Origin: a virus | Lineage: Duplodnaviria > Caudoviricetes | DNA: 64,000 nucleotides | IMG/VR virus record: IMGVR_UViG_2534681837_000002 | Coordinates: 1-64,000 of that record | Direction: 5' to 3' (one strand) | Part shown: positions 9,159-19,508 of the stretch, piece by piece | How the letters are laid out: every line of letters starts with the position of its first letter | Numbering within the stretch: the first letter of the stretch is position 1 | Notes under the pieces: model-generated | Databases searched by the model: none | What the model saw: the letters and a program-made list of their open reading frames with translations, nothing else | Told to the model about the DNA's origin: nothing | Made by a program: the position numbers and the translations under genes

Positions 9159-12100
9159 TCAGCTTACATGCTGATAACCCCATGATATGTGAAATCTGCC
9201 TTTATCATCTTTTTCACGATGAAGCAAGGTTTCAATAATGTCGGGAGAGATATCAAATTCCTCATAGATTTTCGATTCTTCCTTTACCTCTCCGGTTTTG
9301 ATGAACTCATTCAGGCGTTCTTTGGTAAGCACCAGTGCCATAAGGTTCTGTTCGATAGAATCCTCGTAAGTGACGAAGTGTACATGCGTATGCTCTTCGC
9401 AATCCAGACGGATAAAGCGAAAGTAATATTGCTCCATGTTCGGGATGTTCCATTGTAGAGATTCGATGATAACATCATTACATAGAGGAATATTGGTGGA
9501 ACTCTTCAAACTCTGCTGCGTCGATATCAGAATTCCGTTCTTTGTGGCTTGAAATTCTTCAATGATATTGATACGCTTCTTAAAATTGATATCACCCTGG
9601 ATAATAAACAAAGGACGGTCAGGAAATTGCTCCCTTATATGCTCTTCATACACATTTTTAGAATCGATGCTTGTACAGCCAACAGCGACTTTCCCCGGAA
9701 TATTTTTTATCATTCCGGCTATATACTCTGCCTTGCGGGGATATTCATCCCCCACATAACCCGGCATCAGGTGAGGTATGGAACAGGATCTTATCAGCAA
9801 CATAATTTGGCGGACAATCTGAAGAGACGACTCTTTACGGGTGTCACCGGTGCTGGAAAAATACAAGTAACAGATGGAGAAAAACTCCTCCATTATCTTA
9901 AGATATACGGCCTTTTCACTCTCACTGGGAGTGACAGTATGATTATGGATCGTGTACTTGTCTCCGGCAAAGTCACGGAATTTTCGTGTAAGAATGGTCT
10001 TATCTATCAATCTGAATAAATCATCCTGATTATAGACATCCTGGTTGTGCTTCTCAATACCAAAAACAGACGCTTTTGCGGGACAGAAACAGGACTTGAA
10101 CAAGTAGTTGCCTCCTTTGGGTGGAAAAGGCCGGTGATATTCCGTAGTCGCTATATTGCGACAAACAATCTCCTTATCCTTGTTTTCCAAATAAACATAA
10201 CTGCAATCACACATCATGTTCACAGAATTATTATACAGCAGTTCTATTTGTGAGTACAACTCGCCGATATTGTTTCGGGTAGTAGTTCCGGTGTCCAGCA
10301 ATTTTGTATGCAAACGCCGAAATATATCCAACGTAAGCTTCGTCCGGATAGAGGATGGATTGGTGATCTCGTCGGACTCATCGAACAAAAGGCAAAGCTT
10401 GCGGCTACGCATCTTTATGAACCGTTTCAACTCCCGTTTGAGCTTCGCTAAAATAGAAAGAGGCACCAATAAGAATTCTCCCGGCTGGACATCGGCCAGT
10501 TGGCCGGGGCTTGTAATCAACTGATATTTCTCATGATTAACTTCCATAAAGGGTACCCAAGTCATGTTAATGGCATTAGGAGGTGCGAGGATAATAGTAT
10601 TCTTCACAACCTTACGTAGCAACTGAAGCTTACCGAAGTTATAGGCTACCGCCGTCTTTCCGGAACCCTGTTGCCAGTTCAGTAGCGCATACCGTTTCTG
10701 AAAGATCCAGTTCATGTCATGGCGTTGTAGCTTGGTAAACTTTACCGGTCGCCCTTGCTTATTGTTGAAGGTGAGCTTACTGATATACGACACTAATTTT
10801 CGGTCGCACTCCATTTCAGAGAAAGGCTGGTTTTGCTGTGCATATTCTCTCCGCCTCCGTGCTATATACTTCTCCGCCTGCCTGTACTGCCCACGTAATT
10901 TTGGTGTCATTTCAGGTACCAACGGTAAAGTATCATAATTCATGATAAGGTCATTGATAGATGTCCTCTTCTTATCAATGTCCCGAAGCATTCCCGGAGC
11001 ATAACCTTTAAGCTTAAAACTGTAACCTGTTTTGACTAAAGCTATCTCTTTACGTGGAACCACATACTGATTCACAATATAACGTTTAAGGATTGGTAAT
11101 ATTTTCGCCGGAGTCAGTTTACTGTATTGCCAGTTTTTGTATTCCTCCGAGTTACAATCTGAAGGAGGTTTCTGATTGTGATATTTGGTAACCAATGCCA
11201 ACGCTTTAGGGTAATGTACCTTAAGATGCGGATGAGTTTTCAGCTCATACAGGTATTTTTTTACTTTATATTCAAATCGTTCATCTACCAAGCCTCTGTT
11301 TTTCAATTCACGCATCAACTGAATTCGGAGTTTTTGCCTAATCTCTTTAGCTGCACTAATACGTGATTTCATTTCATCCATCGAAATAAACTCTTCTGCT
11401 TTATAAGGTCGCATGGTAATGCTATCAGAATAACGCATGAATGCCATGACTTTAGTATTGAAACTCTGAACTCCAATAGATGAAAAGCTATCAGATGGCA
11501 ACAGCGTTTGTCCGATAAAGGAAAAGTCGCGATTAATAGAACTCACCTTCGTTTTCTCCCAAAATTCACTTTGCAAAAAAGACGCCGGTACAATTACTAG
11601 CATGATACCACCGGGCTTTAGCACCCAGAATGCCTTGTTAAGATAGAAAAACTGACTGGAATCTCCATTGAAATCCAGGTTGAATGGTGGGTTGCCAAGC
11701 AGATAGTCAAAGCTCATAGTAGAGTCATACTGACGGATATCCCTAATTTCTAAATTAGCCTGTGGATATAGGGTCTTTGCAACCTTTACAGCCTGTCCGT
11801 CAATGTCAAAGCCAAAAGCGTTGTATAAATTCGGAAGATAATTGAAAAAGTTTCCCATCCCACAACACATATCCAGCACGACTTCTGTCGGGTCAGGTGA
11901 AATAAGCTCAACCATCTGGCGACATATATTATGCGGCGTGAAGAACTGACCGATTTCAACTTCCTTTTTAGCCTCTGAATAATCGCGATAGTTATCGTAA
12001 TCATCTTGTTTCAGACCATGTAAGCCACCCAAACCGGTATAACAATTAAAGATAATCTCGTTAGTCAGAGAGTTGTTATTGGTATCGATACAGAATAATA

Positions 12101-12164
12101 TCTTTTCGTTTACCTCAGACCGGCGCGTCTGAGGTATTTGCTGAGGAACTATAGGATAATACAT
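9159..12164 (-). CDS. N6 DNA methyltransferase - SNF2-like helicase fusion
   Basis: GQFFTP, DMCCGMGNF (motif I), NPPF (motif IV); helicase WQQGSGKT, LFDESD, TGT and HelC region. Confidence 0.9.
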   Translation of the reverse strand: MYYPIVPQQIPQTRRSEVNEKILFCIDTNNNSLTNEIIFNCYTGLGGLHGLKQDDYDNYRDYSEAKKEVEIGQFFTPHNICRQMVELISPDPTEVVLDMCCGMGNFFNYLPNLYNAFGFDIDGQAVKVAKTLYPQANLEIRDIRQYDSTMSFDYLLGNPPFNLDFNGDSSQFFYLNKAFWVLKPGGIMLVIVPASFLQSEFWEKTKVSSINRDFSFIGQTLLPSDSFSSIGVQSFNTKVMAFMRYSDSITMRPYKAEEFISMDEMKSRISAAKEIRQKLRIQLMRELKNRGLVDERFEYKVKKYLYELKTHPHLKVHYPKALALVTKYHNQKPPSDCNSEEYKNWQYSKLTPAKILPILKRYIVNQYVVPRKEIALVKTGYSFKLKGYAPGMLRDIDKKRTSINDLIMNYDTLPLVPEMTPKLRGQYRQAEKYIARRRREYAQQNQPFSEMECDRKLVSYISKLTFNNKQGRPVKFTKLQRHDMNWIFQKRYALLNWQQGSGKTAVAYNFGKLQLLRKVVKNTIILAPPNAINMTWVPFMEVNHEKYQLITSPGQLADVQPGEFLLVPLSILAKLKRELKRFIKMRSRKLCLLFDESDEITNPSSIRTKLTLDIFRRLHTKLLDTGTTTRNNIGELYSQIELLYNNSVNMMCDCSYVYLENKDKEIVCRNIATTEYHRPFPPKGGNYLFKSCFCPAKASVFGIEKHNQDVYNQDDLFRLIDKTILTRKFRDFAGDKYTIHNHTVTPSESEKAVYLKIMEEFFSICYLYFSSTGDTRKESSLQIVRQIMLLIRSCSIPHLMPGYVGDEYPRKAEYIAGMIKNIPGKVAVGCTSIDSKNVYEEHIREQFPDRPLFIIQGDINFKKRINIIEEFQATKNGILISTQQSLKSSTNIPLCNDVIIESLQWNIPNMEQYYFRFIRLDCEEHTHVHFVTYEDSIEQNLMALVLTKERLNEFIKTGEVKEESKIYEEFDISPDIIETLLHREKDDKGRFHISWGYQHVS

Positions 12165-12174
12165 ATTCGGAAAA

Positions 12175-13104
12175 TTATAAAGTGTTTAATTTCAATCTAT
12201 TGAAGCATTCTAGTGCTTCATTCTGACTATCAAACCTCACATCGATACGTCCATTCTTGAAAAACTTCATCTCGATTGGTTTGATGGTGAAAAGCTTGTA
12301 CCAGTCTGATATGCTGATATTGTCCTGTTTCCAGTCACGAATGACCCGGGTGCCTCCATTCAGCCTGCCGTCTCCAAATAAAGTAAGGGCTGCACAAAGG
12401 ATTTCTAAGTTTTGTGCATAACTATAATCGAGTTGATACTCTTTGTAATATTCCCAGTGAGAGCTGCTGAATGAAATGATATTATAAAAAGTGATAGCCT
12501 TTGATTTCTGGATTGGAGGCTTCTTCCACCCTCCATCAGGGTATAGAGCAAGCAATCGCCCTGTGATTTCATCTTCCGCTTTCTGGCGGAAACTCTTACC
12601 ACCCAGATGATTGATTACAATGTCAATATAGCTCATGTAAACAGGACGATAATTAGCAGGGAGTGACTTTTTATCCATTTCAGGAGCTGAAATAGAAAGA
12701 GCGTAACTCTTATTGAAATGACTGATGATAGAACTAATGAACCTTTGGATGGCTCTTGCACGCATTTCAATGATGGTGTTTATTGGTTTAAATGGCAAAA
12801 ACAAGAGATCCTTATAGGTTTCTACGTCATAAGAGTATCTATACGGATCACGATACTCTATTCTTCCTTCCGGCGTCACACTATATTTATATTCTTCTTT
12901 ATATTGCTCGGCATCTTTCATAAAATTGGCATACCAGACGTCTAATTGGTCGAGAGTAGCATACAACAATCGTTGTTGTCCTTCACAGAAATCACGGTCT
13001 ATCTGTGCTATTTTCTCTTCATTTCTGACTTCAATCTTATCGAATATAGAAAGCATATTGGTGGCTGCACCGACTATGGGAGCCGTTGTGAAATTTTGTT
13101 GCAT
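12175..13104 (-). CDS. DUF4942-like protein adjacent to methylase
   Basis: C-terminal EMKFFKNGRIDVRF resembles the DUF4942 terminus; 10 nt from methylase start. Confidence 0.5.
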   Translation of the reverse strand: MQQNFTTAPIVGAATNMLSIFDKIEVRNEEKIAQIDRDFCEGQQRLLYATLDQLDVWYANFMKDAEQYKEEYKYSVTPEGRIEYRDPYRYSYDVETYKDLLFLPFKPINTIIEMRARAIQRFISSIISHFNKSYALSISAPEMDKKSLPANYRPVYMSYIDIVINHLGGKSFRQKAEDEITGRLLALYPDGGWKKPPIQKSKAITFYNIISFSSSHWEYYKEYQLDYSYAQNLEILCAALTLFGDGRLNGGTRVIRDWKQDNISISDWYKLFTIKPIEMKFFKNGRIDVRFDSQNEALECFNRLKLNTL

Positions 13105-13168
13105 AAGTGTATGTATTAAAGTATAGAGAGTATAGTAATATTAGTATCGAGATTACAAGTATAAGAGC

Positions 13169-14032
13169 TTAGTCTGCTGTACGACTATTAGTAATATTGG
13201 CCCGCCCCGGTGTTAACGGATCAATAATAATCAAACCTTCCTTCACAAGCTCATCAAAAGCAGAATATAAGTAGTTCTCAGCCTGTTCACATCCAATTAA
13301 TACTCTGTTGGTAAGAGTTTCTATTTTTATCTCTTCACACAGTTTCTTTATTACAGTCGAGGTGTTTAGGTAAACATCCGGGTTGCTCGTGCGAAAGTTC
13401 GTTAGCAATGTTTCCCGGATTACATTATCACACTTAAGATGATATTGCTCCAGTAGCTCATTATCATCATAGTCCCAGATAGGTTTGCTCTTAACGCTAC
13501 GTATTTCAAAAGTTGTAGCAAAACGAAGCATCCTTTCAATATCGTTCAGTTGTCCAGGCATGCATTTTCCGGCAAGTTCCTTTGGATGGCAATAAATAGA
13601 GTTTTTACCTTTTATACCTTCCGGGGCTTCACCAGGAAACATCGGCTGTTTTATTTCATAACCGTAGGCATCCAGCATGCTTACTATTTCTTTATAAAAT
13701 GCAGCATAAAAGATATCATTATTATCTTTTACATGAATGCATATGTTGAATTTCTGCAATAAATGCAAGTTTGATTCTGGGGTTTCCACTTGGGGCAGTA
13801 AATCCATATCAAACCCGAAACAATTCGTCAACCCATACAACGTGTTGTCTTTTATACCAGGCAGTTCCATGAATTCAGCATCGGGAAGTACAGAAGCTGT
13901 ATAGCCATAATCACCGCCTGAACCAAGTTCTTGTATCTTACAAACTGTACCTTTTAATGACACATCATCGGGACGTTCCGGATCATTTAATATAATACGG
14001 GCACCTACATAAATATCTTTTATTGTTATCAT
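13169..14032 (-). CDS. hypothetical protein (YCHP family, paralog of 50970-51619)
   Basis: 287 aa; AFYKEI...SIYCHPKELAG...DELVKEGLII. Confidence 0.7.
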   Translation of the reverse strand: MITIKDIYVGARIILNDPERPDDVSLKGTVCKIQELGSGGDYGYTASVLPDAEFMELPGIKDNTLYGLTNCFGFDMDLLPQVETPESNLHLLQKFNICIHVKDNNDIFYAAFYKEIVSMLDAYGYEIKQPMFPGEAPEGIKGKNSIYCHPKELAGKCMPGQLNDIERMLRFATTFEIRSVKSKPIWDYDDNELLEQYHLKCDNVIRETLLTNFRTSNPDVYLNTSTVIKKLCEEIKIETLTNRVLIGCEQAENYLYSAFDELVKEGLIIIDPLTPGRANITNSRTAD

Positions 14033-14043
14033 TGTTTCTTGTT

Positions 14044-14640
14044 TTAGTTAATATGATAATTAGTCTGATTTAAAGTTGCAACAAGGCAATTGCCACGGAA
14101 AACATAGAAGCATTTTTTTTCGACTTTGGCTTTAGCTTCAAGATCTGCCCAACTTTTGACATCATCTTGAATGATCACACTATGAAGCCCATCCTTATCT
14201 AATGTTTTAAGGGTCAGCCCCTCCATACCATTTTTTCTTTTCTGAGCGATGTAACGCAAATAGGCTGGTGAAGATATATTAACAATCCCATCAGTCCCTT
14301 TAGAAAACCAGCAACCATCCTGATAAAGAAACACATAGTAACCAAGTGCGAAGAAAGCGTCTTTGGAAGGGCAAGTTTCGGCACGATTACCTTTGGGCTT
14401 ATTGTTATTATCGCGGATATAGGCGTCACAATGAACTTTATCATTGTCATTGGTGTATTTACCATAAGGGGTTGCCCCCAACTTGTATAGGTTTCCCAGA
14501 GCCAATAAGTCATCTACCCGTTTTTCGGTTTTATAAAAATTCTTCAGACATATTCCTGTTGTGTAAGAATAGACATTGTAATCAACATTGATGTGTTGTA
14601 CCTGCCCATTCGGGAGGAGTTTTCCAATATACATTTCCAT
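14044..14640 (-). CDS. hypothetical protein
   Basis: 198 aa ORF in operon. Confidence 0.7.
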   Translation of the reverse strand: MEMYIGKLLPNGQVQHINVDYNVYSYTTGICLKNFYKTEKRVDDLLALGNLYKLGATPYGKYTNDNDKVHCDAYIRDNNNKPKGNRAETCPSKDAFFALGYYVFLYQDGCWFSKGTDGIVNISSPAYLRYIAQKRKNGMEGLTLKTLDKDGLHSVIIQDDVKSWADLEAKAKVEKKCFYVFRGNCLVATLNQTNYHIN

Positions 14641-14656
14641 TAGTTCATATATTTAG

Positions 14657-15271
14657 TCAGTTATTAATTCCATTCAATGATACAGCATGAAATGCTGAAT
14701 AGTAAGCCTCATCTTCTTTATCCTGCTTCAGCCCGATATACCGGCTTGTCGTTGATAAATCTGCATGATTCAAGAGTCCCTTTAGGGTCAGCATTGCCTC
14801 GGTGCTACAGTCCTGAGACTCGAAATAGTAACGTGCAAATGTTTTACGCAGGGAGTGAGTGGAGAACGCGCCAACATTCAATCGGTATTTCACCCGGAAA
14901 TATTTCAATTTCCTATTGATGTAGTCCTTTCCATAAGCCTTGCCCGTTCTGGGGTTAAGGAAAAAAGGCTGGTTAATGTCCGGACTACCGAGCAACTGGT
15001 AGAAAAAAGCGATTTCTTGGGTCAGACCGGTTTCCAGTTTGATTCGTCGTCCTTTAGTAGTCTTCTGTTCAACCTTCATCAATTCTTTGTGATTGAGAAG
15101 GTCACTCCATTTCAAAGTGAGGACATCCGAAACTCTAAGAGCCGTATAAAATGAAATTCTACAATAGAACTCCCATGAATACAATTTATCTATATGCAGA
15201 CCTTCCAAAAAGCGAATGAATTCCTCTATCGGCAGGTAGTCTGATGTTGTTTTCTGGCCTTTCATTCCCAT
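14657..15271 (-). CDS. tyrosine recombinase (compact, catalytic domain only)
   Basis: TALRVSDVL (R), EQKT (K), THSLRKTF (HxxR), LNHAD...TSRY (H, Y). Confidence 0.92.
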   Translation of the reverse strand: MGMKGQKTTSDYLPIEEFIRFLEGLHIDKLYSWEFYCRISFYTALRVSDVLTLKWSDLLNHKELMKVEQKTTKGRRIKLETGLTQEIAFFYQLLGSPDINQPFFLNPRTGKAYGKDYINRKLKYFRVKYRLNVGAFSTHSLRKTFARYYFESQDCSTEAMLTLKGLLNHADLSTTSRYIGLKQDKEDEAYYSAFHAVSLNGINN

Positions 15272-15277
15272 AGCATG

Positions 15278-15535
15278 TTATTTTAAGTTTAGCTGTAAGA
15301 CTCGCTGTGTGACAATGTCTCTGGCCCCTAATCGGTTCCATGCCCGCTTTCCACGCACACGGTTGATGATGGATGCACTTTTAAGTATAGAGAGGCAGTC
15401 GTCCACACAGTTGATAATTTCGGATATTTCTTCGGGATTGTCTCCCTCGGCCTGGCAAACTTTTGCCATGACACGTACCTCCTCTACGGTCATTATTGAA
15501 AGACCGGGGAAGGTTGTCTTGCTTTGATTTATCAT
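15278..15535 (-). CDS. hypothetical protein
   Basis: 85 aa ORF between terminator and recombinase. Confidence 0.65.
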   Translation of the reverse strand: MINQSKTTFPGLSIMTVEEVRVMAKVCQAEGDNPEEISEIINCVDDCLSILKSASIINRVRGKRAWNRLGARDIVTQRVLQLNLK

Positions 15536-15569
15536 ATTTCAAATTATTTACAAGTTGACAAATGGGCAT

Positions 15570-15602
15570 AAAAAAGACGGTAGACTATTTAGGTCTACCG
15601 TC
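15570..15602 (-). terminator. Rho-independent terminator
   Basis: GACGGTAGAC-N7-GTCTACCGTC perfect 10-bp stem followed by T6 on minus strand. Confidence 0.8.
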
Positions 15603-15656
15603 GAATAAAGGTTAGAAGGAGTGTGTTTGGGAGAAATATATAGTCTTAGAGATTCA

Positions 15657-16166
15657 TTATTTACTCAAATATGGCTTTAAAAGTTCAAAATATTCATCAT
15701 CTTTCATCTCCCAATTGGTTTGTGCAATGGGCTTATTGTTTTTGTCAAGTATGCAAAAGTCAGAGGCTCCCATTTTATCTGAATTTACACCCAATTGCTT
15801 TTTCAGATATTTGCAGGTAGCCTTTATCGGGTTATAAAAGCTGACCAATTTCCTTTTTCTGTTCTGATTAATTAAATACATCGCTGATGTAACTTTGCAG
15901 GTGTCAGCATATTGCACTACTTCAAGACTATCCTGTGCACATATAAAAAACACATCGATATTCTCATTATTCCGGGTAGCCTTCACCACTTCCGGGTATC
16001 GTATTTGAGAAGCCTGACAATAATTACAAAATACATAAATGAGTTTGTAGCTCTTGTCAGATTGCTTAATTTGCTCCGCAAGCATTTCATCTCCAACATT
16101 TTTAATCTGCGCTTGAAGATTAGTTGTTGTAAACAACAAAATTAAGAAGGTGTATACAAGTCTCAT
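15657..16166 (-). CDS. exported thioredoxin-like protein
   Basis: Signal peptide ending LQA; IYVFCNYCQAS CxxC motif in thioredoxin-fold context. Confidence 0.65.
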   Translation of the reverse strand: MRLVYTFLILLFTTTNLQAQIKNVGDEMLAEQIKQSDKSYKLIYVFCNYCQASQIRYPEVVKATRNNENIDVFFICAQDSLEVVQYADTCKVTSAMYLINQNRKRKLVSFYNPIKATCKYLKKQLGVNSDKMGASDFCILDKNNKPIAQTNWEMKDDEYFELLKPYLSK

Positions 16167-16169
16167 TTT

Positions 16170-16823
16170 CTATTCAATTTTGTCGAGCAATTTGATCCGA
16201 TATCCACCATTATCACCAAGGGCCGAATCATATAAAATAGGCCCAGCTTCAACTTTATAAGTCTCAGTTGCGAAAAGTTCGACCTGGCACTCTGTTGCAA
16301 GAGCTTCACTATTAGGAGAAGCAACAACCACTTCATTTACTTCAGCCATTGTTACATCATCTTTAACCCAATAGATGTCATCATCTATCTTTAGTGAAGA
16401 CATTTCTACTGTTGTGCCTTCAGGCAAAGGTTTGGCAAGTAACATATTTGCCTCGTAAGTGTTTGTACTTTCGTCCAGCACTACTTCAAATAAATATTCG
16501 TCAGGGGCAACGGCCTGTTCCAACGCAGCAACAGAACTACTTTTAGGGAACAACTTGAAATCACACAATCCGAATCCGCGGTTGCACCCTTTGCTTTTGC
16601 GAGCAATTCTTGCACTAATTAGTCCTTTCGTTTTTTTGTTTGGTGGCATTGTAGGGTTAGTTCTGGTAGTAACAGATAGCAAGTTGCTAAACTCCACTTG
16701 AGATACAAAATCATCTTCCAAAAGTTCTGATGGATTCTGAACTAATTGATTCTCTTCCGAAGAACAAGCTACCAACATGCCCATTCCCAATGAGCATAAG
16801 GCTACAAATAATTTCATTTTCAT
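16170..16823 (-). CDS. lipoprotein, hypothetical
   Basis: MKMKLFVALCSLGMGMLVAC lipobox then SSEEN; start moved to 16823. Confidence 0.75.
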   Translation of the reverse strand: MKMKLFVALCSLGMGMLVACSSEENQLVQNPSELLEDDFVSQVEFSNLLSVTTRTNPTMPPNKKTKGLISARIARKSKGCNRGFGLCDFKLFPKSSSVAALEQAVAPDEYLFEVVLDESTNTYEANMLLAKPLPEGTTVEMSSLKIDDDIYWVKDDVTMAEVNEVVVASPNSEALATECQVELFATETYKVEAGPILYDSALGDNGGYRIKLLDKIE

Positions 16824-16960
16824 AATAGTTAGTTTTAAGGGGTCAGTTAATTCTCTCAAATATACAATTTTCAACTGATATTCACTACCCTATTATCCAT
16901 AATTAACACTGTTTTCTTAAAGAAATTCCTTGATTATCTTTATTTTTGTAAATAAGGATA

Positions 16961-17254
16961 ATGTTTATGAGAAGATTAGTAAGATTTTGGATAATAGGAA
17001 TGTTAGCCATACTCTGGGGATGCAGTTCACCAAAGATGGCCAACAGGTATCCTATTACTAATATTAATCAAGACTTAAGCCATTGGATTGCCATAGATTC
17101 TGCCTCTGTATCCCATATCAGGAGTCGAAACACAGACTCCAAAATAGGAGATTATAATCTGAAACGACTGCGGGATAATTTGGACAAAGAAAAAGACAAT
17201 CCTTATTGGGGCGAATCCATTTATTACATGTTGCAAGATCTGTTTAAAAAGTAA
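16961..17254 (+). CDS. small lipoprotein, hypothetical (possibly truncated)
   Basis: Lipobox ILWGC; divergent from 16823 gene. Confidence 0.55.
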   Translation: MFMRRLVRFWIIGMLAILWGCSSPKMANRYPITNINQDLSHWIAIDSASVSHIRSRNTDSKIGDYNLKRLRDNLDKEKDNPYWGESIYYMLQDLFKK

Positions 17255-17329
17255 TTCTTTATCTCATAATTATATATATTCCTTGGGACAACTTTCCAGG
17301 AAAGAGTATTGTTTTGTGAATCTTATCTG

Positions 17330-18481
17330 TTATATCCATTCACCTTCGGTTAATACAATTGCTGCTCTTTGAGAAATTACTTCCTGTTTATAGGCCTCAT
17401 CTGCCAGTACCCAGTCGGACATATAATCAATGTCATCGTTACACGAATTGCAGTCGAGAATGATTAGTTTATCCGTCAGTACGGTAAATTCTTGTTTCAA
17501 CAAGTCACATAAGTAAGTGCCATCCGGACTGCTGATGGTATACAAATCATTATCCAGCCGCGCTAACAACTCCTTTTGATTGGGGTAAACTAACAGGTAT
17601 TTGTAGCCTTTACTTTGTTCTTCCCAAATTTGCTTGTGAAGTTGTTTGGGTGTTCTCGGAGTGCATGGGGTATCCTTGGGGAAAGATGAACGAGTGAAGG
17701 CATCTATTGATTCGGCATAAATCCGATAAAGAATGCCGTCGCGTTCTCTAATGGCTTCTTCGCGAGTCAGCCCGATATTGGATGATTCTTTCCCGTCAAT
17801 GAAAAGTTGCAGCTCGGATTGGCGAAGCACATCATAGCGATCATAGTAATCGGGAAGCGTCTGTTCGATGAAGTTCCAAAATTTGTCCGTGATTGGGATT
17901 GGTGCTGGATAACAGGTATTAATAAAATGGTTATCTTTAAGCCACTGGATGATGGTAGTCAGCCCGTCCAAACTTAAATGTTTGATGGGAACAAGACCTG
18001 CCCTTCTGGGACTGCCCTCCAAATAACATAACACGCTGCCACTGTGATGATCATACTGTAGGGAAAATAACTTATAAAACTCATTAGTGGCAAATAGCCG
18101 GCTCGGACTACACAGCGCTACTTTAAGTGGAATGCTTTGTTTTGTCAAAACAGTGATTGTAGACTTTTCTACGCAGTATAAGGCTGTTTTAATTTGCCCG
18201 ATTAGATATTCGCGCATTTTATCCGTTTGCTGCTGGACATCCATGAAGGGGGATTTAGTATCTTCAAGTAGATATGTCCAGCGGAAAACACCTTTTACGG
18301 GAGTCATCACATCATTCGGCGTTTCATACCAGCAATTTGCATTGAAGTCATAGAACACTTTACATTTGTGTCCATCATCAAATAATGCCTGTACATCCAC
18401 CGAGCAGTTACGTTCACTTCCTTCTAAATGTTCAGGAAAGTCATCTTTACCATGAAGTCCTACATGTTTATTCTTATTCAT
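17330..18481 (-). CDS. multi-module hypothetical protein
   Basis: 383 aa; contains module ending PIKHLSLDGLTTIIQWLKDNHF shared with 31134-32516. Confidence 0.75.
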   Translation of the reverse strand: MNKNKHVGLHGKDDFPEHLEGSERNCSVDVQALFDDGHKCKVFYDFNANCWYETPNDVMTPVKGVFRWTYLLEDTKSPFMDVQQQTDKMREYLIGQIKTALYCVEKSTITVLTKQSIPLKVALCSPSRLFATNEFYKLFSLQYDHHSGSVLCYLEGSPRRAGLVPIKHLSLDGLTTIIQWLKDNHFINTCYPAPIPITDKFWNFIEQTLPDYYDRYDVLRQSELQLFIDGKESSNIGLTREEAIRERDGILYRIYAESIDAFTRSSFPKDTPCTPRTPKQLHKQIWEEQSKGYKYLLVYPNQKELLARLDNDLYTISSPDGTYLCDLLKQEFTVLTDKLIILDCNSCNDDIDYMSDWVLADEAYKQEVISQRAAIVLTEGEWI

Positions 18482-18501
18482 ACTTGTATTCTTTTTACCT
18501 T

Positions 18502-18711
18502 TTACCAGATTCTTATATCATAGTCATTAAAATAGCTCTCCAACTCTTTTAAGCCTTCTAAGCTATGCAGCCCATTTTCACCAATTACTGCAATATCAAC
18601 AGATATTCCATAATCTTTTTTCACACTCACGTCCGAATTGCCAAAAACTTCCTTTACACATCCCGCGATATCGGACACCTCTTGATTGTTCTTTACGATA
18701 TTAAGTACCAT
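18502..18711 (-). CDS. hypothetical protein
   Basis: 69 aa ORF in operon. Confidence 0.6.
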   Translation of the reverse strand: MVLNIVKNNQEVSDIAGCVKEVFGNSDVSVKKDYGISVDIAVIGENGLHSLEGLKELESYFNDYDIRIW

Positions 18712-18734
18712 TCGATTTTGTTTTTAGTTTATTG

Positions 18735-19508
18735 TTAACTACCAACTGGAGAATGCTTCCGATAATATTTCAAAAGCTGTTCTTGCTCATCGGGAAGCAT
18801 ACTGTTGAACCAGCGAATGAAATCGCACTCATTGCGATACCATGCACTGATAAGATTATTCACATCGAATTTGCAATCTTTGCTCAGTCCATTAAAAGCA
18901 ACGCAAATATCATTGTGCAAGTCGAGATAAGAACGCTTTCTCTTAAAGCGGGAAGAGATATGCTCCAGCAACTTCCGGTTCTCTTCATTCTTCATCGTCA
19001 CTTTATCTACAGGAGAAAGGGCCGATATGCCTTGTGAGCCGATAGTAATGTTCTCGGATTCTGCAAACTTCTCGATTCTTGCCCGTCCTTCGTCGCTGAC
19101 CGGATTATAGTAGGTAACTTGCCGGTTCGGGGCGATGTGGGCTACTTGCATATAGTCGTGATTCTGTGTTCGTAGCTTATCGCAAACGGACACACCATTG
19201 CCCATAAAGCCGAACATCAGTTCTTCCTGGAATAAAGGCATCCCGAAATAGTGATGCTTGATGAAGCGTTCCAACAGAAGATTAGAATCATACGTAGTCT
19301 GGTCGATATGCTGACAGATGGCGTCCTCTTGATTGAGAACAAAGTATTCGTAATAACTTTGCAGAGTGAATAACTTCACGTAACCATTTCCTCTCAGGTG
19401 GGTTACCAGAACGAGTGCCTGGTGCTCTACCTGAATGTTTAGGAGATCAAACTGTTCTGACGGCTTGTTGCCGGATATACTTTCGAGTATTACAATGCTA
19501 TTATTCAT
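18735..19508 (-). CDS. hypothetical protein
   Basis: 257 aa ORF. Confidence 0.7.
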   Translation of the reverse strand: MNNSIVILESISGNKPSEQFDLLNIQVEHQALVLVTHLRGNGYVKLFTLQSYYEYFVLNQEDAICQHIDQTTYDSNLLLERFIKHHYFGMPLFQEELMFGFMGNGVSVCDKLRTQNHDYMQVAHIAPNRQVTYYNPVSDEGRARIEKFAESENITIGSQGISALSPVDKVTMKNEENRKLLEHISSRFKRKRSYLDLHNDICVAFNGLSKDCKFDVNNLISAWYRNECDFIRWFNSMLPDEQEQLLKYYRKHSPVGS

